DNA of 64,000 nt, from contig CM000152.2 in the NCBI GenBank assembly GCA_000004695.1, forward strand, positions 2,816,001-2,880,000, in the 5' to 3' direction. The number at the start of each line of letters is the position of its first letter. The stretch's first letter is position 1. Position numbers and translations under genes: made by a program. The notes below the pieces were generated by a model that worked only from the letters and a program-made list of their open reading frames with translations, searched no databases and was not told the origin of the DNA. Positions 54,918-64,000 of the stretch are shown here, piece by piece. Source of the stretch: Dictyostelium discoideum. Taxonomy: Eukaryota.

Positions 54918-57900
54918 TCATATGAATTGATCAAAAGATATAATATTTGGGAGAGATGATTCTGGAATACAATAGTAATTAGCTGTTGTTTTTCTTAGCT
55001 TGATCGTTGAGGTGAGAAGGATCTTAGGATCTTTGAAATTATTATGGTCTTTTGCTGATAAGTTTTTCAGATCTTTTGCTTTTTTGATGTATTCTAGAGT
55101 GGCCAATTTGTGCCATTTCTTTAGAAGGGAGCTGTATGATAATGATTCATTTGTTAAAGGATCTTCACTGTATATTTGATTGCAAATCCAAATCCAAATG
55201 TTGTGGAGGATAAGGGCCATTAGGTTTCTATATGCGAATGATCTGGTTAGATCATAGTCTATTGCTTTATAGTTCCATTCAAAGTATTCTTTGTGGAATC
55301 TGTGGTTGGCGTAATCTGCATTCACTTCTTGATCTTTTTTGGCTGTCGGTGATAATTTTGGAGTTATTCTATTAATGAAATTGTTATTTTGCCTAATTCT
55401 TGTATGATGCCAGTTTTTACCTTTGCCTGTGGTAATATAGATGAAATTTTTGAGTTTATTTATTTTTATGAATTGTTTTGTTTTCTTGCATGAGAAGAAC
55501 AGGTGACCGTATGGGTCTTTGCTCATATCTTCTTTGCAGAGTGGGCATTGTTTGTTGTGAAGGTAGTTTATTGGAAGGCATCTGGCATGGAATCTAAACA
55601 TTGTGTCTCTTGTTTTAGGGTCTTTTATCTTCAGTATGTTGTTGAAGAGTTGATTATAGCTGTAGCCTCTTAAGTTTAGAGATGATTGGATTTCCGTTTT
55701 AGGGATGGTTGGATTTTGGTCTTGAATTGTGGTATACCATTCTGCCAGTGAAAGTGGTTGTCCATTTTCGTTTTTTATGGATGTGAGATTATTGTTGAAG
55801 ATTGCTTTTTTGATTCTTATTTTGTTCCATTCGTCTAAGTTTTCTTTTAGGTATCTGGATGTGAATTTGTTTTTTTGGATTTGATATTCCCAGCTTTTGT
55901 GATGAGATGAGTTTGTTTGTTTGGTTTCTAGTGCTAGGATGAATTGGTTTATGATCCAAAGTTTCTGCGCCAGTTGTCTCAATTCTATATTCCAAATGTT
56001 CCAGCCCCCTACTTTTAGTGGGTATCTTGCTCTTTTGGTTCTCATTAAATTAATAACTTGAAATCCACTAGCATTTTTGTTGTTTGGTGCCGATAAAAAC
56101 CATTCGACTAATTTATTGATTTGGTTTAATTCCTCTTCCTTAAAGTTCTCTACATATGAATAGTAGGTTAATTTAGAGAGTGCGAATGCTTTGAGGATGT
56201 TGGTTTTGGTTTTGATTGTTGAGTCAGTGGTTTTCCATAGTACTAAGGATGATCTTATTGTGTTTAATATTTCTGGCATTTTTCTTGTTATCCCTTTGCC
56301 TGTGAAGAAGTATCCCAAGTATCTTTCTGGATTTGTAGATATTGGAATTCTTTGGTTGGTATTGTCTGGGTTGCCTATAAGAATTGATGAAGATTTGTCG
56401 ATGTTTAGTTTTGAGGAAGTGGCTTTGCAAAATGAATTGAAGTGTTGTAGTACTAATTCAAGTTGTTGAAAGTCTGGGACCATTGAAGCCGAGTCGTCTG
56501 CAAAGCTTTGGAATTTCTCTCTGTGGTTGCTGTTGTTTAGAGGAAGGCCAGTAATTCGGTCATCTTGTAAAATTTTTCTAGCTAAAGCCTCTATTACAAG
56601 GACGAACAGGGTGGGTGATAGTGGATCTCCTTGTTTAACTCCTCTTTTGATCTCAAAGGGTATAGTAGTTCTTCCATTAATTTCAATTCTTGCTTCAGAT
56701 TTGGTGAGTAGATTCATTATCAGGTTGATTATATTGGTTGGAATGTTGATGTGTTGTAGTGATCTAAGTATTGAACCGTGTGAGATCGAGTCAAAAGCTT
56801 TTTCGAAATCATATAGTGTAATTATTCCGTTAATTCTTTTATCATTACAATAGTTGATTAATTCGTTCATTGATATGATATTATCTAGAATGAATCTGCC
56901 TGGTACGAAACCTTTTTGATTGTGGTTGATCACTTTCGTTAGTATTGGGATTATTCTATTGTTTATTAGTTTTGAGTGGATTTTATATATACAGTTAGCC
57001 AGTGTAATTGGTCTTCTGTTTTTGATTAGTTCGGGGTCTCCCTTTTTAGGTATCGTGATAATGAGGCCTTCTTTGTAATTTTTGCTAATTAGATGAGGAT
57101 TTCTTAGAGTGTCGTTGAATGCTGAGGCCAGTATTGGAGCTAGTTTTTCTTTGTGTGTTATGTAGAATAAGTTTGGAATTCCATCTGGGCCTGGAGATTT
57201 GTGTGGGTTCAATTGTTTTATTACTTCTAGGATCTCTTGTGATGTGAATTCATTTTCAAGGTTGTCCCATGTTGAGTCCCTGGTCACTGTCCAATTTTCC
57301 AACATTTCATAATGAGATGGTGGGTCATCTTCTTTGTAGTCATAAAGATTTGAGTAATATTTTACGTATTCTTCTTCGATCAATTCCTGTTTGTTGATTG
57401 TTCTACCTTGTGCATCTTTTACTGCGTTGATGGTGAAATCATTGTGTCTTTTCTTGATTCTCGCGGAGATGTACTTGAGTGAGGTTTCTTCGCAATAGTT
57501 GTTCAATTCTTGTTTAAGTTGTTCTTCTCTTTTTTTAGATTCATTTATTGCTGAAAGGGTTGCGAAGGCTTGGTCTTTAAATTCTGTCTCTAGTAGGGAG
57601 ATTAGATTTTTGATGTTTGCCTTATTGTTGTAGTCATTTTGTTTTTGAAATTCTGTGTATAGTTGTTTTATTTTGTTTAGTAAGCTGTTGAGTTGAGAGA
57701 AGGAAATAGAGTTATGGTTGGATGACAGCTCCCTTGAATAATCGTTAAGTAGGAAGTCTATTTTCTTAAGCATTATGCTTGAGAGGATTGAGGATTTTTT
57801 TAATCTCCATCTGCGCTTGTTCATCTGTATGTTGGGTAGAGTGAAGGTGGTTGATAGGAAGTTGTGATCTGATAGAGGTATGTCATTAATTTTTGGGGGG

Positions 57901-58517
57901 ATTAGGTTCCTTAAGTATAATTGGCTGTAGTTGATTATGCTATTGTTAAGGTATATTCTGTCTAGTCTCCTTTCCAAGATTCTTGTGAGGTTATTGTTTG
58001 TGTTGTGTATCGTTCTTGAGAAGGTGGGTCTTTTATTTAGTTGGTCCATATCCATTAGGTTATTTGAAATTCTGATGGCTTCGATTACTGTGGCCATCTC
58101 ATCTGGGGATTGTGTTGTCAAGTTGCCTTGGTCATCATTTGATGTGTGATTGTCATTGAAGTCTAAACAGTTGAAGTCGCCTGCTATGATGTCGATGTTT
58201 TTATTAGGGTTAGACGTTAGGTTGTGGTATTGGTTGTTGAAGTGTTTGTTTAGTGTTGAAGCTAGTGTTTTTCTTTTATCAGGTTGGGCCGGGGCGTATA
58301 TGGCCAAGATTCTCGTTGTGGTATCTTTTATTAGAATGTCTGATATTATTAGTCTACCTTCTATTATGAATATTGGTGAGAGTTTTATGTTTTGGTTGTT
58401 GTGGTTTAGTATTCCTATTCCGTTGCCTCTGTTGGTTGCGCTAATGATGGAGCCAGGAAATAGCTGGTGTGCTTGTGTTGCGTCGGCGTTGAGTTCATTG
58501 ACTATGGTTAGTGCCAA
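54918..58517 (-). CDS. Retrotransposon ORF2: AP-endonuclease + reverse transcriptase + C-terminal Cys-rich (CPLCKEDMSKDPYGHLFFSC) domain
   Basis: Intact 1199-aa ORF with the motifs listed for the element. Confidence 0.8.
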   Translation of the reverse strand: MALTIVNELNADATQAHQLFPGSIISATNRGNGIGILNHNNQNIKLSPIFIIEGRLIISDILIKDTTTRILAIYAPAQPDKRKTLASTLNKHFNNQYHNLTSNPNKNIDIIAGDFNCLDFNDNHTSNDDQGNLTTQSPDEMATVIEAIRISNNLMDMDQLNKRPTFSRTIHNTNNNLTRILERRLDRIYLNNSIINYSQLYLRNLIPPKINDIPLSDHNFLSTTFTLPNIQMNKRRWRLKKSSILSSIMLKKIDFLLNDYSRELSSNHNSISFSQLNSLLNKIKQLYTEFQKQNDYNNKANIKNLISLLETEFKDQAFATLSAINESKKREEQLKQELNNYCEETSLKYISARIKKRHNDFTINAVKDAQGRTINKQELIEEEYVKYYSNLYDYKEDDPPSHYEMLENWTVTRDSTWDNLENEFTSQEILEVIKQLNPHKSPGPDGIPNLFYITHKEKLAPILASAFNDTLRNPHLISKNYKEGLIITIPKKGDPELIKNRRPITLANCIYKIHSKLINNRIIPILTKVINHNQKGFVPGRFILDNIISMNELINYCNDKRINGIITLYDFEKAFDSISHGSILRSLQHINIPTNIINLIMNLLTKSEARIEINGRTTIPFEIKRGVKQGDPLSPTLFVLVIEALARKILQDDRITGLPLNNSNHREKFQSFADDSASMVPDFQQLELVLQHFNSFCKATSSKLNIDKSSSILIGNPDNTNQRIPISTNPERYLGYFFTGKGITRKMPEILNTIRSSLVLWKTTDSTIKTKTNILKAFALSKLTYYSYVENFKEEELNQINKLVEWFLSAPNNKNASGFQVINLMRTKRARYPLKVGGWNIWNIELRQLAQKLWIINQFILALETKQTNSSHHKSWEYQIQKNKFTSRYLKENLDEWNKIRIKKAIFNNNLTSIKNENGQPLSLAEWYTTIQDQNPTIPKTEIQSSLNLRGYSYNQLFNNILKIKDPKTRDTMFRFHARCLPINYLHNKQCPLCKEDMSKDPYGHLFFSCKKTKQFIKINKLKNFIYITTGKGKNWHHTRIRQNNNFINRITPKLSPTAKKDQEVNADYANHRFHKEYFEWNYKAIDYDLTRSFAYRNLMALILHNIWIWICNQIYSEDPLTNESLSYSSLLKKWHKLATLEYIKKAKDLKNLSAKDHNNFKDPKILLTSTIKLRKTTANYYCIPESSLPNIISFDQFI

Positions 58518-58621
58518 TGAGTTTGGGGGGGATTGGGATTTGATAAAGTCTGTTTTGTTTTTGAAGGAGGTGTCAGTGCCCCAACCTCTGACATTCCATT
58601 GGTTGATTTTGATTACTACTA

Positions 58622-59872
58622 TTATGAGATGATATCGATCTCCTCTTGGGAGTCGTATAGCTGCGGTTTGGATGGTGAAGGGTAGATACTCTCTATGAAG
58701 CTCTCAATGATTCCTTTCCTTTCTTTTTTGACAGGTGTCTTAGGGGTGGATGGGATGTAAGGGTTGCTTCTGTTTATTGTTGGTGAGAGTTGGGTGACTT
58801 CATTGTTTGAGTGGATTTCCTCGTTCTTGCGTTTATGTGATGGAGGGATGTTTAGTGTCTTCTCTCTGTTTTCCGAGGATGAATGGATGTTAGTGCTTGT
58901 TTTGTTGGCATTGTCTTTTTGGATGGCGTTGGATGTTGTGGTAGTGGTTGTGGTGGGTTTGACAGATTGAGATTCTGCTGGGTTTTTGGGGGGAAGAGGT
59001 TGAGATGACTTTTTTGCTTGGGCTTTTTTCTCTTGTGTTGATTGTTTATCAGACTGATTGTTTGCTGAGTTGTTTGTTTGTTGTTGTGGTTTTGGTTGAG
59101 AGGATTTGATTGCTATCCTGTTTTGAGTGTTAGGAGGATCTGTCATCTCATCTTCTAATGGTTCCTCCGTGTTGTTTGTCTCTACTTTCTTGTTTTTCTT
59201 TTGTGAGGAGTAGGTTTTGGTGGCCGTTCTGATGGTAAAGTTTGCGATTTCTGTAATGTGTTGGCCAGATTTCATTTGATCGCCTATTTTGCATTCTATT
59301 AGACCGAATACTATGAGGTGGTCGGTGGAGTATATAGTATTGTATATTGCATAGGGTATTTCTTCTGCAAAGGCAGTTTTGATGAGGGCGTCCACTATTC
59401 CTGCCTTTTCTCTGGGAATTCTTACTCTTCCTGTGAGGACGTGGAAGTCTCTACTGGAGGTGATGAAGGTTCCCAATTTGCTTCTATCTCTAATGATATT
59501 TAGGAGAGATTGTTCGTTTTTAATCATCAGGTGGATCATTTTTCTAGTTCCTTTGCCTATGTATATCTTGTCGATTGGGATATCGTAGTTTGAGAGTGTT
59601 TTTCTCATTTCTTCTAACCCCTTGAGATCCATTTTGGGGAATTCGAGTGTAATTGGGTAGAATCCGTTGTTCTTCTCGTAGGTTGAGAGCGCAGTCATGT
59701 TCAATATGGTCTCGCAGTATTTGGAGATGTCTTTGAGGCCTATTGATAGTTTGGGGTAAGTTTCCTTTGTCTCTGCTGTTTTTGTGGAGAATTCCTTAAT
59801 GAAGTTCTCCGATGCCTCGTCCATATGGGTGGAGGGGTTGGCCATTTTAGCCGCGTCTGCGTAGGAATTCAT
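58622..59872 (-). CDS. Retrotransposon ORF1 (416 aa, basic/Ser-Thr-Gln-rich C-terminal half)
   Basis: Intact ORF just upstream of ORF2 in the same element, with GC-normal composition. Confidence 0.6.
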   Translation of the reverse strand: MNSYADAAKMANPSTHMDEASENFIKEFSTKTAETKETYPKLSIGLKDISKYCETILNMTALSTYEKNNGFYPITLEFPKMDLKGLEEMRKTLSNYDIPIDKIYIGKGTRKMIHLMIKNEQSLLNIIRDRSKLGTFITSSRDFHVLTGRVRIPREKAGIVDALIKTAFAEEIPYAIYNTIYSTDHLIVFGLIECKIGDQMKSGQHITEIANFTIRTATKTYSSQKKNKKVETNNTEEPLEDEMTDPPNTQNRIAIKSSQPKPQQQTNNSANNQSDKQSTQEKKAQAKKSSQPLPPKNPAESQSVKPTTTTTTTSNAIQKDNANKTSTNIHSSSENREKTLNIPPSHKRKNEEIHSNNEVTQLSPTINRSNPYIPSTPKTPVKKERKGIIESFIESIYPSPSKPQLYDSQEEIDIIS

Positions 59873-60082
59873 CTCGATGGGATTCCTTTGAATCGGCGAT
59901 TTGGTAAGTTAGATCTGTAGATCGTGGTGGATTGGTGATTTTTTTCGAAAGATTGGTTAAAATTGACCGAGATTAAGGATAGAAAAGGATGAATTACTTT
60001 TCACGTGTATCTTGTATCCTCTTGATAGCCAATATAATATTAATTGTGAGTTCCTTTATTTACTGACAATTCATTAAAGGAA

Positions 60083-60094
60083 TCGAACCCTTTG
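60083..60094 (-). promoter_or_regulatory. External B box (ex-B box) downstream of the tRNA gene: GGTTCGATTCC on the tRNA strand
   Basis: The minus strand reads agGGTTCGATTCCttt, a perfect B-box consensus, ~30 bp after the tRNA 3' end. Dictyostelid tRNA genes characteristically carry such an extra B box. The surrounding sequence does not fold into a second tRNA, as no acceptor-stem partner is present. Confidence 0.5.
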
Positions 60095-60113
60095 TCTAAG
60101 TTGGGAAGACCCC

Positions 60114-60119
60114 AAAAAA
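60114..60119 (-). terminator. Pol III oligo(T) terminator (TTTTTT on the tRNA strand) 5 nt after the tRNA 3' end
   Basis: Plus strand reads cccAAAAAAtata immediately after the tRNA. Confidence 0.5.
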
Positions 60120-60123
60120 TATA

Positions 60124-60197
60124 CGAGACCATCAGGGGTCGAACCTGAGACCTACCGGTTCGTAGCCGGTCGTTATATCCAACTAAACTATAGTCCC
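60124..60197 (-). tRNA. tRNA-Arg (anticodon ACG), 74 nt, no intron
   Basis: Minus strand: GGGACTA TA GTTT AGTTGGATA TAAC G ACCGG CTACGAA CCGGT AGGTC TCAGG TTCGACC CCTGA TGGTCTC G. The acceptor stem pairs GGGACUA/UGGUCUC with two G-U wobbles. The D loop has GG. The anticodon stem is 5 bp with loop CU-ACG-AA. The T arm is TCAGG-TTCGACC-CCTGA. The discriminator is G. Confidence 0.75.
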
Positions 60198-60224
60198 TTT
60201 GATATTTTTCAAAGAAAAATAGAT

Positions 60225-62034
60225 AAAATATATATTACTATTCACCTTAAACTCAACAATAGAAATAATAAAACGAGAGATTAACACAAAAGAGGATATG
60301 GAACCAATCATAACATTTTATGATTTTGAAAAAGCATTCGATTCAATCTCACATAACGCCATTCTACGTACTCTTGCACATCTAAAACTACCACTCAAAA
60401 TGGTCCTCACAATAATGAACTTACTCAATGAATCAGAAACATCAGTGTACATCAATAACTCATTATCTAAAAGCTTTACATCAAAAAGAGGAACCAAACA
60501 AGGTGATCCTATCTCTCCCACTATCTTCGCATTAGTGGTTGAATGCATGGCAACTACTATAATAAATGACCGCTGCATCAATGGTGTAACCAAAGAAACC
60601 ATTAAAATACTACAGTTCGCCGATGATACAGCAACAATAGCATACAACTTTATGGACCATTTCCTCATGAATGAATGGATCAAGAAGTTTTGCCAAGCAA
60701 CCAGCGCAAAAATAAACCAAACCAAATGCTCGTGTATCACTTTCAAATGGAACACCAGAACGCTATACACCGTCATAAAATCAAACGAAAGGTACCTCGG
60801 CTTTGACTTCAACAATAAGGGTATCAAATCCAAAATCAATACAATCTCAGACAACATCAGAGCTAAACTAGTAACATGGAACTCAACTTCATCAACCTAT
60901 ATGGGCAGACTCATAATGGCAAAAACATATGCACTATCTCAGTTAACGTTCCACACTTACATCAACACCACACCACAACACAATAGTATTGAAAATAACA
61001 TCGTAAAATTCGTTTTCAACACAAAATCTAAAAACTCTCTTTCACTACAAAGAAGACAAAACAACTATATCAATGGTGGCCTAAACTTATGGAACCTGAA
61101 GACAAGAGAACTAGCACAGAAAGCATGGTTATTCGAAAGATACCTCCACCAAAGAGTAAGTAACACTCCTAGTTCATATATAAAACTGTGGGAAGAGGAA
61201 CTCAAAAACAACAACAACAACAAAACAACAACAAAACAAAATCAACTACAACTACACTGGCAATGCAAGCAAGCATGGACCCAATTAAAAACTCCACAAA
61301 ATAAACAAACACACTACGAACACCTCCCAAAATTAAAAAAAATATACGAGGATATGATGACAACTCAATCTCCTGAACACAACAAATTCATACCAACTCC
61401 TGGCCAAAAAGAAATAATGACCAAAATTAATAGCAAACACCTTCCATTTAAAGAAATCAAAAAAATAATAAACATGAAAGGTAGAGATCTATTATGGAGA
61501 TACACACTGAAAGCACTACCAAAAATATACAACATGCCATGCCAACAGTGTGGGGAAGATGAGACCTCAGAACATATATTCTTCAACTGCAAAGCCCACA
61601 TCAAAAACACACAAGAAATCTTCAACTACACCCTAACTAAGTGTGGACACACCACTCACACCTGGAATGTGAAGATTTTAAACCATCTACAAATTGCACT
61701 AGTAGCCAATTTAATAGCTATTATATTCGATAAAATCTGGCACAAAAGAAATAAACTCATTCACGATGAAAAAGAAATAATAATTCACAGACAACAAGTC
61801 ATACGTGAACTAATTAAAACACAAAGAGCTGCATGGGACAGGACACAAGCGGTTATAAACAAAACATTAAGAATCAAATCAAAGCAACGGCCAGAAGAAC
61901 AAAATAAATTAGACTCACTAATCTCGCTAAAGCTATTACAATTTAGCAGACAATGGAACTCACCTCTTCACGCAATAGAACTTCCTAAACATCTCAAAAA
62001 ATACAATAATTCACTCAGTACTTTCTATAAATAA

Positions 62035-62092
<58 letters not shown>
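60225..62092 (+). mobile_element. 5'-truncated non-LTR retrotransposon copy, TRE5-like by position (~40 bp upstream of the tRNA 5' end, oriented divergently), ending in a 58-nt poly(A)
   Basis: The ORF opens inside the RT domain. The region from ~60235 to 60298 is in frame with no stop, and the RT motifs are 'ITFYDFEKAFDSISH', 'GTKQGDPISPTIF' and 'FADDTATIA'. It has a CCHC-like finger (CQQCGEDETSEHIFFNC). The stop at 62034 is followed directly by A58 (62035-62092). Its RT is related to but distinct from the minus-strand element (~45-50% identity), so it belongs to a different family. Confidence 0.65.
60298..62034 (+). CDS. Truncated retrotransposon ORF2 (C-terminal part of the RT plus zinc finger), 578 aa from the first Met
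   Basis: See the element call. Minus-strand ORF 60318-60857 is its antisense artefact. Confidence 0.7.
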   Translation: MEPIITFYDFEKAFDSISHNAILRTLAHLKLPLKMVLTIMNLLNESETSVYINNSLSKSFTSKRGTKQGDPISPTIFALVVECMATTIINDRCINGVTKETIKILQFADDTATIAYNFMDHFLMNEWIKKFCQATSAKINQTKCSCITFKWNTRTLYTVIKSNERYLGFDFNNKGIKSKINTISDNIRAKLVTWNSTSSTYMGRLIMAKTYALSQLTFHTYINTTPQHNSIENNIVKFVFNTKSKNSLSLQRRQNNYINGGLNLWNLKTRELAQKAWLFERYLHQRVSNTPSSYIKLWEEELKNNNNNKTTTKQNQLQLHWQCKQAWTQLKTPQNKQTHYEHLPKLKKIYEDMMTTQSPEHNKFIPTPGQKEIMTKINSKHLPFKEIKKIINMKGRDLLWRYTLKALPKIYNMPCQQCGEDETSEHIFFNCKAHIKNTQEIFNYTLTKCGHTTHTWNVKILNHLQIALVANLIAIIFDKIWHKRNKLIHDEKEIIIHRQQVIRELIKTQRAAWDRTQAVINKTLRIKSKQRPEEQNKLDSLISLKLLQFSRQWNSPLHAIELPKHLKKYNNSLSTFYK

Positions 62093-62097
<5 letters not shown>

Positions 62098-62470
62098 GGA
62101 ACCCAAGTTAATCAGAAAATTTCCAGATTTTTAACTTTTTAAAGAAAAATATAAAAAATAGAAAGAAAATAAAATGAAAATCACAAACAACACCACAAAT
62201 ATTAAGCAACACAAATGCCTACAAAAAATAAGCGAAATTGTGGATAAAACTCAATTAAAAAAAAAACAATTCAAATACGTCATAAACATCAATCACGAAC
62301 CAGACGATAAAATAAAAAAAGATTTAGAAAAAAGTTTGGACAAAAAAGATGTTTTAATCAAAAGTAATAATACAATTCAAAATTCGAAACAAAAAAAAAA
62401 AAAAAAAAAAAAGTAAACTAACCCCTCTTTTAGAGACCCTGTAAAAAAAAAAAAAAAAATAAAATAAAAT
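62093..62470 (+). other. A/C-rich segment with three internal oligo(A) runs, resembling stacked 3' tails or fragments of retroelements. ORF 62174-62416 inside it is Lys-rich and ends in A23
   Basis: The sequence 'cctgggaacccaagttaatcag...' begins straight after the A58 tail. Oligo(A) runs lie at 62035-62092, 62390-62412 and 62445-62462, separated by short unique sequence (gtaaactaacccctcttttagagaccctgt). The composition is retroelement-like rather than genomic-AT-rich. Confidence 0.3.
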
Positions 62471-63113
62471 GAGATCTAGCATCTCAAGGAGAAGCAAATA
62501 ATAATTGCGTTATCCAATTCAAAAAAAAAAATATATATTACTATTTTCCAATTCAAAAAAAAATATTCTTAAAATATAAATAATACAAAAAATAATCCAT
62601 GATCAAAATTAATTAAACCGGGTTGATATTATAATTATTAAATAAAATCTATTCACCCTTAACAAACAAACTTTCCAAAATTATATTTAATATTTTTAAT
62701 TAAAAAAAACATTTATTCAAATTTAACCACCTTTGATCTATTTTGTGGGTATTTTGAACTTATTATTGTAAGAAAAAGATAATATCAAATTTTTACATAA
62801 TTCCTATTTATTTATAAATTTCTTAATTAAATTTTAAGTGAATTACTATTTATTTTTAAGTACGATAATTATATTTGAAAATTTATCTACATATTAAAAA
62901 AAATTATAACTCTCTCAATTATAAGTTTTTTTTGTGTATTTTAACAATATAATTTTAAGTCAACATATAATTATTTAAGTTTTTTTTTAATTTAAAATAA
63001 TTCTATTTTTTTTTAAATATATAAATTACTTAATTTTTTTAAAAAAAGTATAAATTCTATTTTTTTTTTTTTAATTTATTATTATTGTTTATTAAAGTAT
63101 TATACATTTTAAA

Positions 63114-63918
63114 ATGCTATGTAATTTTTTTCAAACTATTGTAGAAAATGATATAACTAAAAATATATTTGGTGATAAAACTTATTTTATAACCCATGTT
63201 CTATTAGTTGGTCTTTATATTTGGTTTTTATTTTATTCTTTATATACCTATTTAAAAGAAAAAAGTAAGTTAAAACTAAATTAAACCAAATTACTATTAA
63301 TAGTAGTATTATTATTATTTTCTACTATGACTATTACTAACCTTTTTAAAATATTAAAAAAAAAAAAAAGAATGTTTTAGAAGAATTACTATTGCAATTT
63401 ATTGGCCTTTACTATTAGGGAATGTGTGTAGGATTGTATCATTTTCTTTATTCATTTTATATAAAGAAGAAATATTACCAAATTCAAAATATCTTGGGAA
63501 TTTTTTATTTGGATTATACATCTTACCTGCTTTACTATTCTTAACTTTCTTTTCAAGTATTTCTTTATTATTGTAAATATTTCAAAAATTATTTTATTTT
63601 AATTTAATTTAATTTAATTTCATTTTATTATTAATATATTTTTTTTTTCCTTTTTTAATTTATTTTTTAAAAAATAGATTAAAAATTTATAAAAGGGTAA
63701 AATCAAATAATAAAGAAGTTACTCAATATAAAACAATTATAAAAATGTTAAATTTAATTATTTATACAGTTATGTTAATAATGGTAATTCTTGAATTTAC
63801 CTTATCACCAAATGAAAAAGCTTCAGTTGATATACCAGATTCTCCAGCACAAGTAATTATTCAAATGTTTATTGCATTTATTTATTTATTTGCAAGTTCA
63901 GTTTCAATAATTAATATG
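63114..63918 (+). CDS. Partial gene with at least three exons (~63114-63264, ~63371-63573, ~63679-63918, continuing past a GTAAGT donor towards the window end) for a small multi-pass membrane protein
   Basis: Exon 1 reads MLCNFFQTIVENDITKNIFGDKTYFITHVLLVGLYIWFLFYSLYTYLKEK and ends at GTAAGT. After AG at 63369-70 the next exon reads CFRRITIAIYWPLLLGNVCRIVSFSLFILYKEEILPNSKYLGNFLFGLYILPALLFLTFFSSISLLL and ends at GTAAAT. After AG at ~63676 the next reads KIYKRVKSNNKEVTQYKTIIKMLNLIIYTVMLIMVILEFTLSPNEKASVDIPDSPAQVIIQMFIAFIYLFASSVSIINM and ends at GTAAGT. Phases are consistent, and the protein has four or more hydrophobic helices. It is absent from the ORF track because its exons are short. Confidence 0.4.
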
Positions 63919-63939
63919 TAAGTAAAAATAATTATTTTT

Positions 63940-63975
<36 letters not shown>

Positions 63976-64000
63976 TATTAAAAAAAAAAAAAAAAAAAAA

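Larger units (their letters stand above)
54781..60045 (-). mobile_element. Full-length (~5.3 kb) non-LTR retrotransposon, TRE3-like (tRNA-gene-targeted, 3'-side integrator), with ORF1, ORF2 (APE endonuclease + RT + CCHC finger) and a ~30-nt poly(A) tail (plus-strand T-run 54781-54812)
   Basis: ORF2 (1199 aa) has the EN motif 'IIAGDFNCLDFNDN' and RT motifs 'YDFEKAFDSISH', 'GVKQGDPLSPTLF' and 'FADDSASMV'. ORF1 (416 aa) lies upstream. The element is not AT-rich. Its 5' end is ~80 bp downstream of the tRNA-Arg 3' end, in the same orientation as the tRNA and beyond the ex-B box. The poly(A) tail sits ~105 bp after the ORF2 stop. The 5' boundary is approximate. Confidence 0.75.

Noticed and set aside
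56191-56853. Plus-strand ORFs (92 and 108 aa) inside the minus-strand retrotransposon, also 57931-58632 plus, 58764-58970 plus, 59318-59588 plus and 60318-60857 minus
   Set aside because: They are antisense to retrotransposon ORF1/ORF2, which have normal GC content so stop codons are sparse. There are no motifs or independent support.
60063-60115. Possible second tRNA or tRNA half next to tRNA-Arg (contains a perfect GGTTCGATTCC)
   Set aside because: No complementary acceptor-stem partner and no D-arm or anticodon-arm can be drawn. The position and sequence fit the external B box that dictyostelid tRNA genes carry downstream.

Overview
This window is AT-rich (roughly 75-80% A+T) eukaryotic nuclear DNA with the hallmarks of a dictyostelid social amoeba (Dictyostelium-like). 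Those hallmarks are short GTAAGT/GTATGT...AG introns, coding microsatellites giving poly-Asn/Ser/Thr tracts, very long A or T homopolymers between genes, FNIP-repeat sequences, and non-LTR retrotransposons inserted at fixed distances from a tRNA gene. From left to right the window holds the following genes and elements. (1) A 3-exon gene for a beta-helix-like surface glycoprotein (1.3-4.5 kb). (2) A Sel1-like repeat gene. (3) An Asn/Lys-rich gene. (4) A 5-exon gene resembling the exocyst subunit Exo84. (5) Two small genes, one a two-TM membrane protein and one a small hypothetical protein. (6) A 700-bp AT-poor island carrying a dispersed 190-bp repeat. (7) A frameshifted FNIP-repeat pseudogene. 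(8) A GH9 cellulase gene with a mucin-like linker. (9) A ribosomal protein L18 gene (5 exons, first exon is only ATG). The standout feature is a 22-kb head-to-tail array of five paralogous genes (25.1-47.1 kb, + strand). They encode type I membrane proteins with a signal peptide, an LRR-like N-terminal region, 3-6 Cys-rich EGF-like repeats, one IPT/TIG domain, a TM helix and a ~20-aa tail. Their 3' halves are nearly identical while the N-terminal ectodomains diverge, and one member carries a frameshift. This mosaic pattern resembles polymorphic cell-surface self/non-self recognition families such as the Tgr kin-recognition genes. Downstream lie a C2 + RING/IBR zinc-finger (RBR-like) putative E3 ligase gene, a retroelement cluster around a tRNA-Arg(ACG) gene with an ex-B box, an rpl18 genomic fragment beside that cluster, and a partial multi-pass membrane protein gene at the window end. 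The retroelement cluster is a full-length TRE3-like element about 80 bp downstream of the tRNA, a 5'-truncated TRE5-like element about 40 bp upstream of it, and an older reverse-transcriptase fragment. No rRNA genes or CRISPR arrays are present. All coordinates for spliced genes are approximate to within a few nucleotides.
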